IMG/VR virus record: IMGVR_UViG_3300006169_000014
Coordinates: 1 to 36,031 of that record
Strand: one strand, 5' to 3'
Source of the DNA: a virus
Taxonomy: Duplodnaviria; Caudoviricetes
DNA length: 36,031 nt
The notes beneath the pieces are model-generated. The model was not told where the DNA came from. It saw only the letters and a program-made list of their open reading frames with translations, and made no database searches. A program made the translations under genes and the position numbers. Every line of letters begins with the position of its first letter. Within the stretch, counting starts at the first letter, position 1. This document shows, one piece after another, positions 9,008 to 17,530 of the stretch.

Positions 9008-10104
9008 GCGCCGACCTCTCGCCTCGCCTGCGAAGCCTCGAGCGCCGCGAGGCGGCGGTATTCGCGCTCGATCACCCAGTAGTTGACCCCGAGCTTGCCG
9101 GCGACGCGCTTCGCCGAATACCCCAGGGTCCTGAGCGTTGCGATCCGGCTATCGCCGCTGCTCGGCGCAACGGCTTCGGGCGGCGACGCGGCGCGGGTGG
9201 TCGAAGCTGGTTGGAGCATCGCCGTGAAGGAGGACGGCTCGAGGCCGAGCAACTTGGCGGCCTCGTCCTCGTTGCCGTTGGCCCGGATCAGCGCCTGATC
9301 GACCATCCATTGCTGGTAGCGCGCGAGCTCCGCGCGCAGGTCGACGCCTTCCTCCGGCAGCGTCGACGTCACTGCGCCACCGCACTTCGGGTAGATGCCA
9401 CTCGGGGGCGACTCAAACTCGTCTGCTCCGGCATGCTGTTTTTCCTTTTGCTTGCGCTTCGCGCGTTGCGCGGTTGTTGGCCGGCGACCCTCTCCGGTGA
9501 GGTGAGCGCGCATCACTTCTATCGCTCGCGCGTGCAGCTGCGAAATACGGGGCTCGCTGCATCCGAAGCTGCGGCCGATGTCCTTCAGATTGACATCGCG
9601 GAAGTAGGCGAGCCTGACGATCCGCTCGTCTCTCGGCTTCAGCGGCGCGAGCAGGGCATGGGCTACTTCTCGCTTGCGAACGACGACGTCCTCGATGCTC
9701 TCGCCCGCGCCAGCCCAGTGTGCTTCCCAGTCCTTGTCGGCGTCGTCGCAGCCAACGACGATCATTGGACTCTCGGCACCGCGGGCGGCCTTCCGGGCCC
9801 TTCGCGGGAGCCAGTCCTGATGGCGCAGCTCGTCCTTGATGCTGCCCCGGATTCGCTGCGTCAAGCCGCCGATCCAGCCGGGCGCGTCCTCATCGGGATG
9901 CGCCTTCTTCCACTCGAATAGGCCGATGAGCGCGGCCTGTTCGAGGTCATCGAGCAGCACGTTCGGCGGCACGCGCACCTTCCAGCCACGCGCGATCCGG
10001 AGGGCAAGATTCCGATGCTTGCGAATCGACGCGAGCAGATCGGGACTCGACGCCGCGCAAGTCGATGGGGTCCTCCGTCGCTCCCCGGAGCGGTGCAAGC
10101 TCAC
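9004..10104 (-). CDS. FliA/WhiG-like sigma-70 factor with C-terminal Fis-type HTH and a further HTH
   Basis: DDLEQAALIGL, RIRGSIKDELRHQDWLPRRAR, LKDIGRSFGCSEPRISQLHARAI; then LPEEGVDL...QALIRANGNEDEAAKLLGL. Confidence 0.85.
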   Translation of the reverse strand: MSLHRSGERRRTPSTCAASSPDLLASIRKHRNLALRIARGWKVRVPPNVLLDDLEQAALIGLFEWKKAHPDEDAPGWIGGLTQRIRGSIKDELRHQDWLPRRARKAARGAESPMIVVGCDDADKDWEAHWAGAGESIEDVVVRKREVAHALLAPLKPRDERIVRLAYFRDVNLKDIGRSFGCSEPRISQLHARAIEVMRAHLTGEGRRPTTAQRAKRKQKEKQHAGADEFESPPSGIYPKCGGAVTSTLPEEGVDLRAELARYQQWMVDQALIRANGNEDEAAKLLGLEPSSFTAMLQPASTTRAASPPEAVAPSSGDSRIATLRTLGYSAKRVAGKLGVNYWVIEREYRRLAALEASQARREVGA

Positions 10105-10337
10105 GAGTGCCGTCCCTTCACGTGCGCGGGCGGCTGGCGAACGCAGTGATCGAGCGCATAGCGAATGGCGCCGGCGTAGCTCACGCGCACGTCGGCGGCG
10201 GGGTCGTTGAGCATGAAACCGAGGACGGCCTTGATGTGCCGCTGGTCCTCGGGAGTGAGGCGCAGGTGGAGAGTCGTGTCGTCACCCTCCGCGCTGCGGT
10301 GTTTGCGGCGCGCCGCGCCCTTGCCTGCTCCTGTCAC
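10101..10337 (-). CDS. small ribbon-helix-helix-like protein
   Basis: TLHLRLTPED...SYAGAIRYALD; GTGA coupling. Confidence 0.5.
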   Translation of the reverse strand: MTGAGKGAARRKHRSAEGDDTTLHLRLTPEDQRHIKAVLGFMLNDPAADVRVSYAGAIRYALDHCVRQPPAHVKGRHS

Positions 10338-10804
10338 ATTGCCCTCCTCTGAGCGAGCCGCTCGATTCGGCGGCACGCTTCTTTGATGTCTCGCGCCGAC
10401 TCGATGATCGCGATGCGCATCCGCTCGGTCTTCACCCGCTCCGCGGCGACCGCGGCGTCGGCGTCCTTGCGCGAGGCGTTCCTGAGCCGAGCCTTGGCCT
10501 TGCGCTCTTCGACCTTCAGTTGATGGACGCGCTCCTGCGCTTCGCGCACCAGCGTGTCCCAGGTCTGCCAGCGGCGCTCACCTCGGGCGTAGCCGAGCAG
10601 CACGTCGAAGGCGTCGAGCGCCTTGCCGCAGTCGGAGCAGCTCACCGTGCGCTGCTTGCCGTCGAGGCTGACCTGGTAGTGCCGGCAGAAGCCGGGCTCG
10701 AATGCCACCGCCGTCTGGTTCGCGGGCGCTGTCGGCTCCGCGACTCCGAGCACCGGCGAGATGATGTCGGCGATGTCGATGCGGATGGGGTCGGTGTGGT
10801 CCAT
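10334..10804 (-). CDS. zinc-binding coiled-coil hypothetical protein
   Basis: CRH...CSDC followed by a coiled coil; TGATG coupling. Confidence 0.6.
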   Translation of the reverse strand: MDHTDPIRIDIADIISPVLGVAEPTAPANQTAVAFEPGFCRHYQVSLDGKQRTVSCSDCGKALDAFDVLLGYARGERRWQTWDTLVREAQERVHQLKVEERKAKARLRNASRKDADAAVAAERVKTERMRIAIIESARDIKEACRRIERLAQRRAM

Positions 10805-11124
10805 CAGTGTGAGCTCCTCGACTGTGCTGCCTGCTGCGCAGCGAGCAACCGCGCGCACCAACGCTGGAGGATGTCGCACTGCTGCCGCCACAAGCGCTGA
10901 TGGTGGCCGGTGAAATCGCAGCGGTGCTCAGCGATCTCGTGGCTGATCGGGTAAATGGCGTTGGCCTCCGTGAGCGTACTCGGGATGCGGATGACGTTCC
11001 CGAGGCACATTTGGGCGCAGAGTTCGTCACGCTGCGGCGTGCCCATCGCTCCCGGATGGTCGGCGTAGCCGTCGTCCACCACCAGCTCGTACCCTTCGAG
11101 TTTGACGAGTTCCTTCAATGTCAT
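10804..11124 (-). CDS. small protein with metallopeptidase-like HEIAEH motif
   Basis: IYPISHEIAEH...GHH; ATGA coupling. Confidence 0.5.
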   Translation of the reverse strand: MTLKELVKLEGYELVVDDGYADHPGAMGTPQRDELCAQMCLGNVIRIPSTLTEANAIYPISHEIAEHRCDFTGHHQRLWRQQCDILQRWCARLLAAQQAAQSRSSH

Positions 11125-11333
11125 GGGCGTAGTCCTCTGGCGATTCGTCGCTGCGCATACTCGATTGCTCCTCGGGTATGGCGGAGCCGCGATGCCTCTT
11201 CGACCGTGCACCCGACGTCGCGGAGCGACGCGTACTGGGCTCGGTGTCGAGCGCGGATCCGAGCGCCATTGCGCGCGCGGAATTGGCGCGACTGGAGCGC
11301 ACCCGGGAAGGGCGTTGCGGTCGTGTTGCTCAC
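11121..11333 (-). CDS. hypothetical protein
   Basis: 70 aa, coupled at both ends. Confidence 0.5.
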   Translation of the reverse strand: MSNTTATPFPGALQSRQFRARNGARIRARHRAQYASLRDVGCTVEEASRLRHTRGAIEYAQRRIARGLRP

Positions 11334-12004
11334 TGCTCACCTGCCGGTCGTGCTTCCGTGGACACAACCTCTACCGCGTGCAATTGGTCTTCCCCGCAGC
11401 TGGGGCAACGCGCCGGGACGAAGACCTCGCCGCACTCGCACCGCACGAGGGCAGCCTCGCCAGCGACGTCGTGGAGCTTGGCGACACGCCTGGAGGCGCT
11501 CGGCATCGGAGACTGACCGGCGACTCGCCGCAGCTCATATGTGAGACACCAGCCGTTGATGCGTGAGATGCTGCACAGCAGATTCGCCAACGCCTGGGCA
11601 TCGAGCGGAGTGGACTGGCCAGCGAAGTGAGTACGCAGGTCAGCAATCAGTCCAGCGTAGTATTCGTCCGCGTTCGGGTCCGTCTCCAGCTCCCGCAAGC
11701 ACGCAGCCAGCAGCACGTTCGCGGCGGCGAGTTGCTGCTGCTTCTCAGTGCCCCACGTGCGCCATTCGTCCACCTGTGCCCGCAACCGCTCCACCTCCGC
11801 GCGCAGGGCGGCAAGCTGGCGCGAAGGAGGCGACACCTCAGGATCGAGCTCGGCCGCCGCCCGCTCGAAGGCGTTGGCGAGGATGTCCATGGCCTCGCGC
11901 ATCTTCCCCTGATAGGACCGCGTCCTGCAGCCCCGCGCAGCCGCCAGCAGCTCGCGCCGACGCGCGCCCAACGACTCGTGGATTATCCGCTCGCAACCGT
12001 TCAT
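11330..12004 (-). CDS. modular hypothetical protein (coiled coil plus C-terminal zinc ribbon)
   Basis: AALRAEVERLRA module; CECG...CPSCG; AAGGAGG RBS. Confidence 0.6.
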   Translation of the reverse strand: MNGCERIIHESLGARRRELLAAARGCRTRSYQGKMREAMDILANAFERAAAELDPEVSPPSRQLAALRAEVERLRAQVDEWRTWGTEKQQQLAAANVLLAACLRELETDPNADEYYAGLIADLRTHFAGQSTPLDAQALANLLCSISRINGWCLTYELRRVAGQSPMPSASRRVAKLHDVAGEAALVRCECGEVFVPARCPSCGEDQLHAVEVVSTEARPAGEQ

Positions 12005-12141
12005 CGCTGCCTCCTTGCCCGCTGCTGGGCGAGCTCGTAGTTGACCCGCCCGATCGGCGTCCGGCACGCGCGCCAGGCGCTGACGCGCGCGAGCGCGACG
12101 AGGAGCCCCAGCGCGAGCGATACCCAGAGCTCGGTGGTCAT
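12001..12141 (-). CDS. small membrane protein
   Basis: MTTELWVSLALGLLVALARV hydrophobic helix; GGAGG RBS. Confidence 0.5.
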   Translation of the reverse strand: MTTELWVSLALGLLVALARVSAWRACRTPIGRVNYELAQQRARRQR

Positions 12142-12172
12142 TTGGCCTCCGGGCGCACGAGTTCGTCGCACA

Positions 12173-12568
12173 TCATTCGGCTGCGCCCTTCTTGCGTCGC
12201 CCGCGCTTCGGCGGTTCGAGCCCGCCCTCTCTGATCGCGTCATCGATCAGCTTGCGGATGGTCATCCCGCTCACCCCGAAGCCGGCGCCGATGTTTTCCA
12301 CGGTCTCGCCCTGCAGGAACTGGCCGAAGATCTTCGCCTTATCCTGCTCTGAGAACCGGCTGCGCTTCTTCAGGCGCTGAGCGAGTAGGGCCTTGGCTAG
12401 CGCCGCAGCATTCACGGGGGGAGAGTGCTCGACGCGACTCAGCGCCGGCTGCCGCGGTTCTGGCTCACGAGGCTGCGCCCTGGCGGGTCGATCCAGGTCG
12501 TCATCGTCCTTCGGGCGATGCCCTCCGCTGAGCAGGTTCTTGGCCCAGTTGGTGCTTCTGTCTGTCAC
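12173..12568 (-). CDS. HTH DNA-binding protein
   Basis: FSEQDKAKIF...GETVENIGAGFGVSGMTIRKLI. Confidence 0.65.
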   Translation of the reverse strand: MTDRSTNWAKNLLSGGHRPKDDDDLDRPARAQPREPEPRQPALSRVEHSPPVNAAALAKALLAQRLKKRSRFSEQDKAKIFGQFLQGETVENIGAGFGVSGMTIRKLIDDAIREGGLEPPKRGRRKKGAAE

Positions 12569-12792
12569 TTGCCCTCCCGGCGGACGCGAACCAGCGCGTG
12601 CGCCTTCACGTTCCAGCGGTAGGCGGCCTTGCCTCGTTTCCCGCGTCGGAGCGAGAGCTGCTGAACACCCGGGAAGCTCAGGTCGAATCCCGTCACGATC
12701 ATCGCGACTTCTCGCCGCGCCTTCGCGTCCCACCACGGCAGTTCATCGCCGATGCGGACGTTCCAGGCCCGCACACGCTTGGTCACCATCAC
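12565..12792 (-). CDS. hypothetical protein
   Basis: coupled ORF MVTKRVRAWNV...RREGK. Confidence 0.55.
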   Translation of the reverse strand: MMVTKRVRAWNVRIGDELPWWDAKARREVAMIVTGFDLSFPGVQQLSLRRGKRGKAAYRWNVKAHALVRVRREGK

Positions 12793-13949
12793 TTCCCCTC
12801 CCGACGCGCGAGCTCGGCCTTGCACCACCAGCAAGGCTCGCCGATGCACGGGCTGATGTGTGGGGGAGCCATGCAGACGTTGAGCGTCGCCTCCGGCACC
12901 CGCTGCTCGGCGGCGGTGCGCGATTCAGGCGCGCATCTCAGCTCGGGGCTCTGCGGGCACAGGCACTCGGACTGGCGCCGCATGCAGACGGCGCACCATG
13001 GCTCACCTTCCGGCTCGTTCTGCGCCGCGGGCTGGCCCAGCGGCAGCGACCATGCAGGGCGCACCAATGCGACTGGAGGCGCCGCGGGCTGGCTGCAGCG
13101 CGGGCAGTCCTCCGGATCGATGGCAGGGAATTCCTCCTCGTATCTGCACCCGGCGGTGTGCTCACTCTGCACCGCGGGCAGTCGAGCGCCACGTGTGTTG
13201 AGAGCTGCCCGCTCGTCTGGCGTCACCGACACAGCGCGGATGGTGACGCCGTATCCCGAGGCTACGACCGTCTCAGTGCGGACCGGCGCCGCGGGCTGGC
13301 TGGAGAGGTGGGCTCCGCTGCGACGGAACAGCGACCCAGGGCGCCGGTCCTGCTCGATGTGATCGCGCATCTCTCGAATCAGCGCGTTCGCGGCGGCGAG
13401 TTGGGTCAGGGCCACATCACGCTCAGCGGCGCGCATATCCAGCGCTGGTTTGATGGCCTCTGTAGCGTCCGCCCGCAACCGCTCCACCTCCGCTCGCAGG
13501 GCGGCGGCCTCGTCCTGAGCAGCGTTCAGGTCGCGTCGCAATGACCTGGCTGCCTCCGCTGGGTCGCGCCCTTCATCCACGTCTGCCGAGATACCGGCCT
13601 CGTCGAGCACCTTCCGCAACTCCGCGTGCAGGGCGGCGCATTCGGATTTGTGCTTAGCAACAAGCTCGTTGTGCGCTCCGATGATGGCTTGCGCCGTCTT
13701 CAGCGCCGCCAGCTCTTCGTCATCGCGCTTGATGCACTCCTCTAGGGTTGTGCGCATCGATTCCGCGGCCCGCTCCGCCTTATCGGCGCGGGCGAGCGCC
13801 TGACGCTCCGCCTCGTCGGACTGCCCAGCCCGATCAAGCGCGGCGTCGCGTTCGTCCGCCACCTGCTTCAGCTCGGCGCTCGCAGCCCTGAGCTCCTCGC
13901 GTAGGGCGAGGGCCTCCTCGCACGAGCACCGGTCGAACTCGGCCGTCAC
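12789..13949 (-). CDS. long coiled-coil mosaic protein
   Basis: heptad-rich N-half; QPAA(P/Q)-delimited Cys-rich C-terminal modules. Confidence 0.65.
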   Translation of the reverse strand: MTAEFDRCSCEEALALREELRAASAELKQVADERDAALDRAGQSDEAERQALARADKAERAAESMRTTLEECIKRDDEELAALKTAQAIIGAHNELVAKHKSECAALHAELRKVLDEAGISADVDEGRDPAEAARSLRRDLNAAQDEAAALRAEVERLRADATEAIKPALDMRAAERDVALTQLAAANALIREMRDHIEQDRRPGSLFRRSGAHLSSQPAAPVRTETVVASGYGVTIRAVSVTPDERAALNTRGARLPAVQSEHTAGCRYEEEFPAIDPEDCPRCSQPAAPPVALVRPAWSLPLGQPAAQNEPEGEPWCAVCMRRQSECLCPQSPELRCAPESRTAAEQRVPEATLNVCMAPPHISPCIGEPCWWCKAELARREGK

Positions 13950-14185
13950 GACGACGCCTCCCGCCGCACCAGGCGGTAGCGCCCGGGTGGCGGCGCGGGA
14001 ATGGTTGGCGGAGGCGGTGGCGGGCGCAGGGTTGTCCGCTGCTCGAGTGCCTCGTTCAGCCGCACGATCTCGATGGCCTGCTGCTCGATGATGCGCAGGA
14101 CTTTCCTCCCCGTCTGCTCGTCGTAGATGACGCTGTCCGTCAGCTGAGCGCGCTCCTCCGGGGTCAGTTTCTCGATCTCCGCCAT
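13946..14185 (-). CDS. hypothetical protein
   Basis: MAEIEKLTPEER...; GGAGGAG RBS. Confidence 0.55.
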   Translation of the reverse strand: MAEIEKLTPEERAQLTDSVIYDEQTGRKVLRIIEQQAIEIVRLNEALEQRTTLRPPPPPPTIPAPPPGRYRLVRREASS

Positions 14186-14358
14186 CACCACTCCTCCGCC
14201 TTGAGGCCGTGCTTGCCAGCGAAGCGGACCCAGTATTCCTGCACGGCGTCGCTCAGCACCTGCGCGATCGGGCGCCTCTCTTTCGCCGAGATGCGCCGCA
14301 GCCGCTCGAGGTGCTCGGGCGTCAACCGTGGCTGCTGGTCCGTCGTCGCGTCGCTCAA
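14185..14358 (-). CDS. ribbon-helix-helix (CopG/Arc-like) protein, 57 aa, absent from the ORF track
   Basis: manual translation MSDATTDQQPRLTPEHLERLRRISAKERRPIAQVLSDAVQEYWVRFAGKHGLKAEEW; TTGA and TGATG overlaps fill the gap exactly. Confidence 0.6.
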   Translation of the reverse strand: MSDATTDQQPRLTPEHLERLRRISAKERRPIAQVLSDAVQEYWVRFAGKHGLKAEEW

Positions 14359-14696
14359 AGGCCCCCCACGGTCGTGGACTCCGCGTCTGCCCGACGGCGC
14401 TTCAGCTTTTCGACGAGGGTCGTGCGGTTGATGTGCAGCAGCCGCGCAGCGCCAGCCACCGTGCGAGCCTTCGTCAGGGCGGAATCAATGAGCCGCCATT
14501 CGAGGTTCGCCAGGAATGTGCCGAGGTCCAGGCCCTCGTCTGGAAGGTAGCCGTGGAACGCACCCGCTCCCCGGATGCAGGCCTCGACGAACGACACGCA
14601 TCCAGCGCACCAGAAGCGGTTCGGCTGGGGCTGGGCGTGGCCGCCGATGACCGGCGCGCCGCAGGCGCAGCGTGCGACTGTGAACGAGCCCCTCAT
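14355..14696 (-). CDS. stand-alone Fis-type HTH (FleQ/NtrC C-terminal domain-like) with Cys-rich N-terminus
   Basis: LPDEGLDLGTFLANLEWRLIDSAL...AARLLHINRTTLVEKLKR; CACG and CAGC. Confidence 0.75.
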   Translation of the reverse strand: MRGSFTVARCACGAPVIGGHAQPQPNRFWCAGCVSFVEACIRGAGAFHGYLPDEGLDLGTFLANLEWRLIDSALTKARTVAGAARLLHINRTTLVEKLKRRRADAESTTVGGL

Positions 14697-15100
14697 GTCG
14701 GCACCGCCCGTCCGTCGCGGATGGCGAAGTTCCCCCAGAAGTTGAGCGCGCCCTTGCAGGGCAGAAACGGGAGCGGACGCACATCGCGCAGCACGAAGCC
14801 GAATTGATCGGGCACATGCCAGCCGTAGCGCTGGCCCTTGGGGCCGAGCACGTCGACCAGGCGAGCGGCGCCAATGATGCCGCCGCGTTCCAGCTCCTCG
14901 AAGGTCGGTGCTTGAACCCTAGAGCCCGTCACTTCATCAGCGAAGCTCAAAGCGTCGTCGTACTCGTCCCGAGTCATCCCCTTGGCTGCGTGGATGAGGA
15001 ACTCGCCGCGATATGACGTCCACCACTGACGATTCTCGATGTCCTTCCTGGCGTTGACAATGAGCCATGCCCAGGGTTGTCGAATCGAAAGGGCTTTCAT
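14693..15100 (-). CDS. ASCH domain protein
   Basis: MKALSIRQPWAWLIVNARKDIENRQW...LIHA. Confidence 0.9.
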   Translation of the reverse strand: MKALSIRQPWAWLIVNARKDIENRQWWTSYRGEFLIHAAKGMTRDEYDDALSFADEVTGSRVQAPTFEELERGGIIGAARLVDVLGPKGQRYGWHVPDQFGFVLRDVRPLPFLPCKGALNFWGNFAIRDGRAVPT

Positions 15101-15333
15101 CGCCCCCTCCGGTGCCCAGCCGCGTGTGGGCAAGTCGCAAAGTGGCTCTTGTAGAGCGTCCCGACGTAGCGGCCGCGCTCCTCGGCTTTGAGCACTCGCG
15201 CCTTTCCGTCAGCGAGCACGAGCACGTTCCCGTCAGCGGCGGGTAGTGCGTCGACGGGCATCGGTCGCACGCCGCTCATCCGCACCCAACGAATGGACGC
15301 GCGGCAGCTCTTGCAGGTGCTTGGGCTGCTCAC
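15097..15333 (-). CDS. small zinc-binding phage protein
   Basis: CKSC...MPVD...SHFATCP. Confidence 0.7.
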   Translation of the reverse strand: MSSPSTCKSCRASIRWVRMSGVRPMPVDALPAADGNVLVLADGKARVLKAEERGRYVGTLYKSHFATCPHAAGHRRGR

Positions 15334-17282
15334 GCGCGCACCGCCTTACGGAACTGGTCCGTCACGCAGAGCAGGCCGTCAGCGGTCTCCGCAACGAAGC
15401 CGAACTTCTGCAACGTGCGGACCGCCTGCTTGAACGAACTCGACGTGTTGCTGCGACTGATTCCGCCCGCGATCTCTTCTCGCGATAGCCCCACGTGACT
15501 CGGCTGCGCCACCATGTAGCCGAGGATGAGGCTTTCGTATTCGGGGAGTCGCGCGAGCCAGTACTCGAGGAGCGCCTTTCCGCGCGGGAGCGGCGTCGGC
15601 TTCGCCTGCTTCGCGCCCGCGGCCGTCGCCGTGTAGGGCGAGCCGGTGATGAGACCCGCCGCGCGGAGCGCGCGGAGCGCGGCCTTGAAGGTCGAGCTCC
15701 GATGGCTCTTGCCGGCGAGCATGCCGATCAGAGTCGCGTCGAGCGGGCCGTGCAGAGCGATAACGGCGAGCAGCTCGTGCTGGTAGGCGTCGCCGGCGGA
15801 CGCCGTCTCGATCGGCTTGGCGCGCGACGCGGCCTTGCGCGGTCCCCGGATCTCGACCGGCATCCCCTTGCCCTCGCCATAGCGGGCGAGACGTTCACTG
15901 ATCTGGTCGATCTCGTCCGGTACCTCAGGTGTCCGCGCGCCGTGCGAGACGGGTCGGATCGGATCCGCCGCATTGCCGCGAGCGCCGCATCGAATGCACT
16001 CGAGGCGGTCGCCCGCCGGCGTCCAGTAGACCTCGTGTTTCCCATCGCGGCCCTCGATCGGGCACGGGTCCTCCAGCTTGGGGCGCGGCGGCGAGGGCTC
16101 GCTCCCGCGGTCGAGCGCGTCGGCCCACTGCGTGAACGCCTGCGCATTCGACCTCGCGAACTCGGCCGCTACACGGAGCCGGCGCCGGAGCTCCTGGATC
16201 TCCTCGAGGAGATCCGTCTCGCGTTTGATCCACGCCTCCGCCGCATCCATCGCGGCGCCGACGTTCCCATCACCACTCGTTTCTGCCCCGTCCTCGTCGA
16301 CGCTCTCCGGAGGAGGCGGCTCCGCCAGCAGCGCGCGGAGCGCGTCGAGATCGACCGGGGCGAGCGGCGCCCGCTGTCGCCCCATGCTCCCGAGCGTCGG
16401 CGTCGAGCTCGCGTCGAAGGTCTCCGTCGGGAGGATCCGGACGCGCTTGAAGACGCGGAGCCACGACGGCGACCAGCAGAAGAACTCGCCAACCGCGAGC
16501 GAGGGGAGCGCCTTGAGGTCGGCGTTTGTGACGCCGTCGTCCGCGCCCGTATCCGTCGACCACTCCGCGATCGCCTTGCGTTCGTGCGGCCCGCGCAGCT
16601 GTCCGACGAAGAGGCATTCGACCTGGTTGAGCACCTCCTTCGAGACCGACTGCGGGCGCTGGGTGAGCAGCGTGACGCCGCCGCCGTAGTTCCGCGCGAG
16701 GCGGACATAGTCCGTCGCCGCCCCGAGCATGCGCTGCTCGCCGGGCGCGCAGTTTTGCGGGGCAACGAGCTGTGCCTCCTCGACGATGAGGTGGAAGGGC
16801 GACAGCTTTATCCGGAGCGTCCGGAACACGACCTCAAGGAAGTCGGCGACGAACTCCTTGCGCTTGCTCTTGCTGAACTCGGAGTAGTCGATCACCGCCG
16901 AAGCGCTGCTCGTGACCAGCGCCTCCGCGAGCTTCCCGCCCGCGTCGGCCGGAAGCGGGAGGTCCGCGTGCATCCCGCCGATGACCGGGATCGCGAGCCC
17001 GGGCGACTTGCCGTCGGCCGCAAGACGCAGCGCCCACCAGTTGCCGATCGGATCGAGGATCACGGTCGGCGCGCCCGCTCGAATGAGCTGCTCCGCGAGC
17101 CGCCGCGCGGTGTAGCTCTTGCCGGAGCCCTTCGCGCCGATGACGCCGAAGGTCTGCGTCGCCGCCTCGGACGCAGGCATCCCCAGGCCCTCGGCGAGGA
17201 CGACGTTGGACTCGGCGTCCGAGCCTTCGCGGATGATCGAGTCGTGGTGACGCGGATGCGCCGGTGTCGAGTTGTTGAGCAT
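15330..17282 (-). CDS. HerA/FtsK-superfamily ATPase (DUF87-like) with probable C-terminal winged helices
   Basis: GAKGSGKS Walker A, LIVEEAQ Walker B, RNYG arginine finger, TQRPQ; TAATG coupling. Confidence 0.85.
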   Translation of the reverse strand: MLNNSTPAHPRHHDSIIREGSDAESNVVLAEGLGMPASEAATQTFGVIGAKGSGKSYTARRLAEQLIRAGAPTVILDPIGNWWALRLAADGKSPGLAIPVIGGMHADLPLPADAGGKLAEALVTSSASAVIDYSEFSKSKRKEFVADFLEVVFRTLRIKLSPFHLIVEEAQLVAPQNCAPGEQRMLGAATDYVRLARNYGGGVTLLTQRPQSVSKEVLNQVECLFVGQLRGPHERKAIAEWSTDTGADDGVTNADLKALPSLAVGEFFCWSPSWLRVFKRVRILPTETFDASSTPTLGSMGRQRAPLAPVDLDALRALLAEPPPPESVDEDGAETSGDGNVGAAMDAAEAWIKRETDLLEEIQELRRRLRVAAEFARSNAQAFTQWADALDRGSEPSPPRPKLEDPCPIEGRDGKHEVYWTPAGDRLECIRCGARGNAADPIRPVSHGARTPEVPDEIDQISERLARYGEGKGMPVEIRGPRKAASRAKPIETASAGDAYQHELLAVIALHGPLDATLIGMLAGKSHRSSTFKAALRALRAAGLITGSPYTATAAGAKQAKPTPLPRGKALLEYWLARLPEYESLILGYMVAQPSHVGLSREEIAGGISRSNTSSSFKQAVRTLQKFGFVAETADGLLCVTDQFRKAVRA

Positions 17283-17530
17283 TACACCGAACCCAAGGCC
17301 TTGCGTTCTGCCCTCGGGGCGCGCGACTTCGAGTGCTGCTCGACCCAGCGGATCGACTTGGCCTCTTCGCGGCACTGGTCGAGCAGCGTCTCGACGGAGC
17401 GGCGCGCCCAGCCCACGTGCTCGTACTGGCGCACGTTCATGTGCCTCGGATCGAGGTCGGTGTGCAGGTCCTCGAGGCGCTCGATGAGCTGATTGATGTT
17501 CTTGATCGGCTTGGGCGTCGTCGTCGTCAT
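17282..17530 (-). CDS. hypothetical protein
   Basis: MTTTTPKPIK...; ATGA coupling. Confidence 0.55.
   Translation of the reverse strand: MTTTTPKPIKNINQLIERLEDLHTDLDPRHMNVRQYEHVGWARRSVETLLDQCREEAKSIRWVEQHSKSRAPRAERKALGSV

Noticed and set aside
11716-13505. Diversity-generating retroelement template/variable repeat pair
   Set aside because: Repeats are short, differences are not adenine-specific, and no reverse transcriptase is in the window
15495-17492. Long antisense or alternate-frame ORFs (also 3714-5210, 24871-26745, 29454-31205, 31446-32930)
   Set aside because: Arg/Ala/Pro-rich shadow ORFs expected at this GC content, overlapping well-supported genes and lacking motifs
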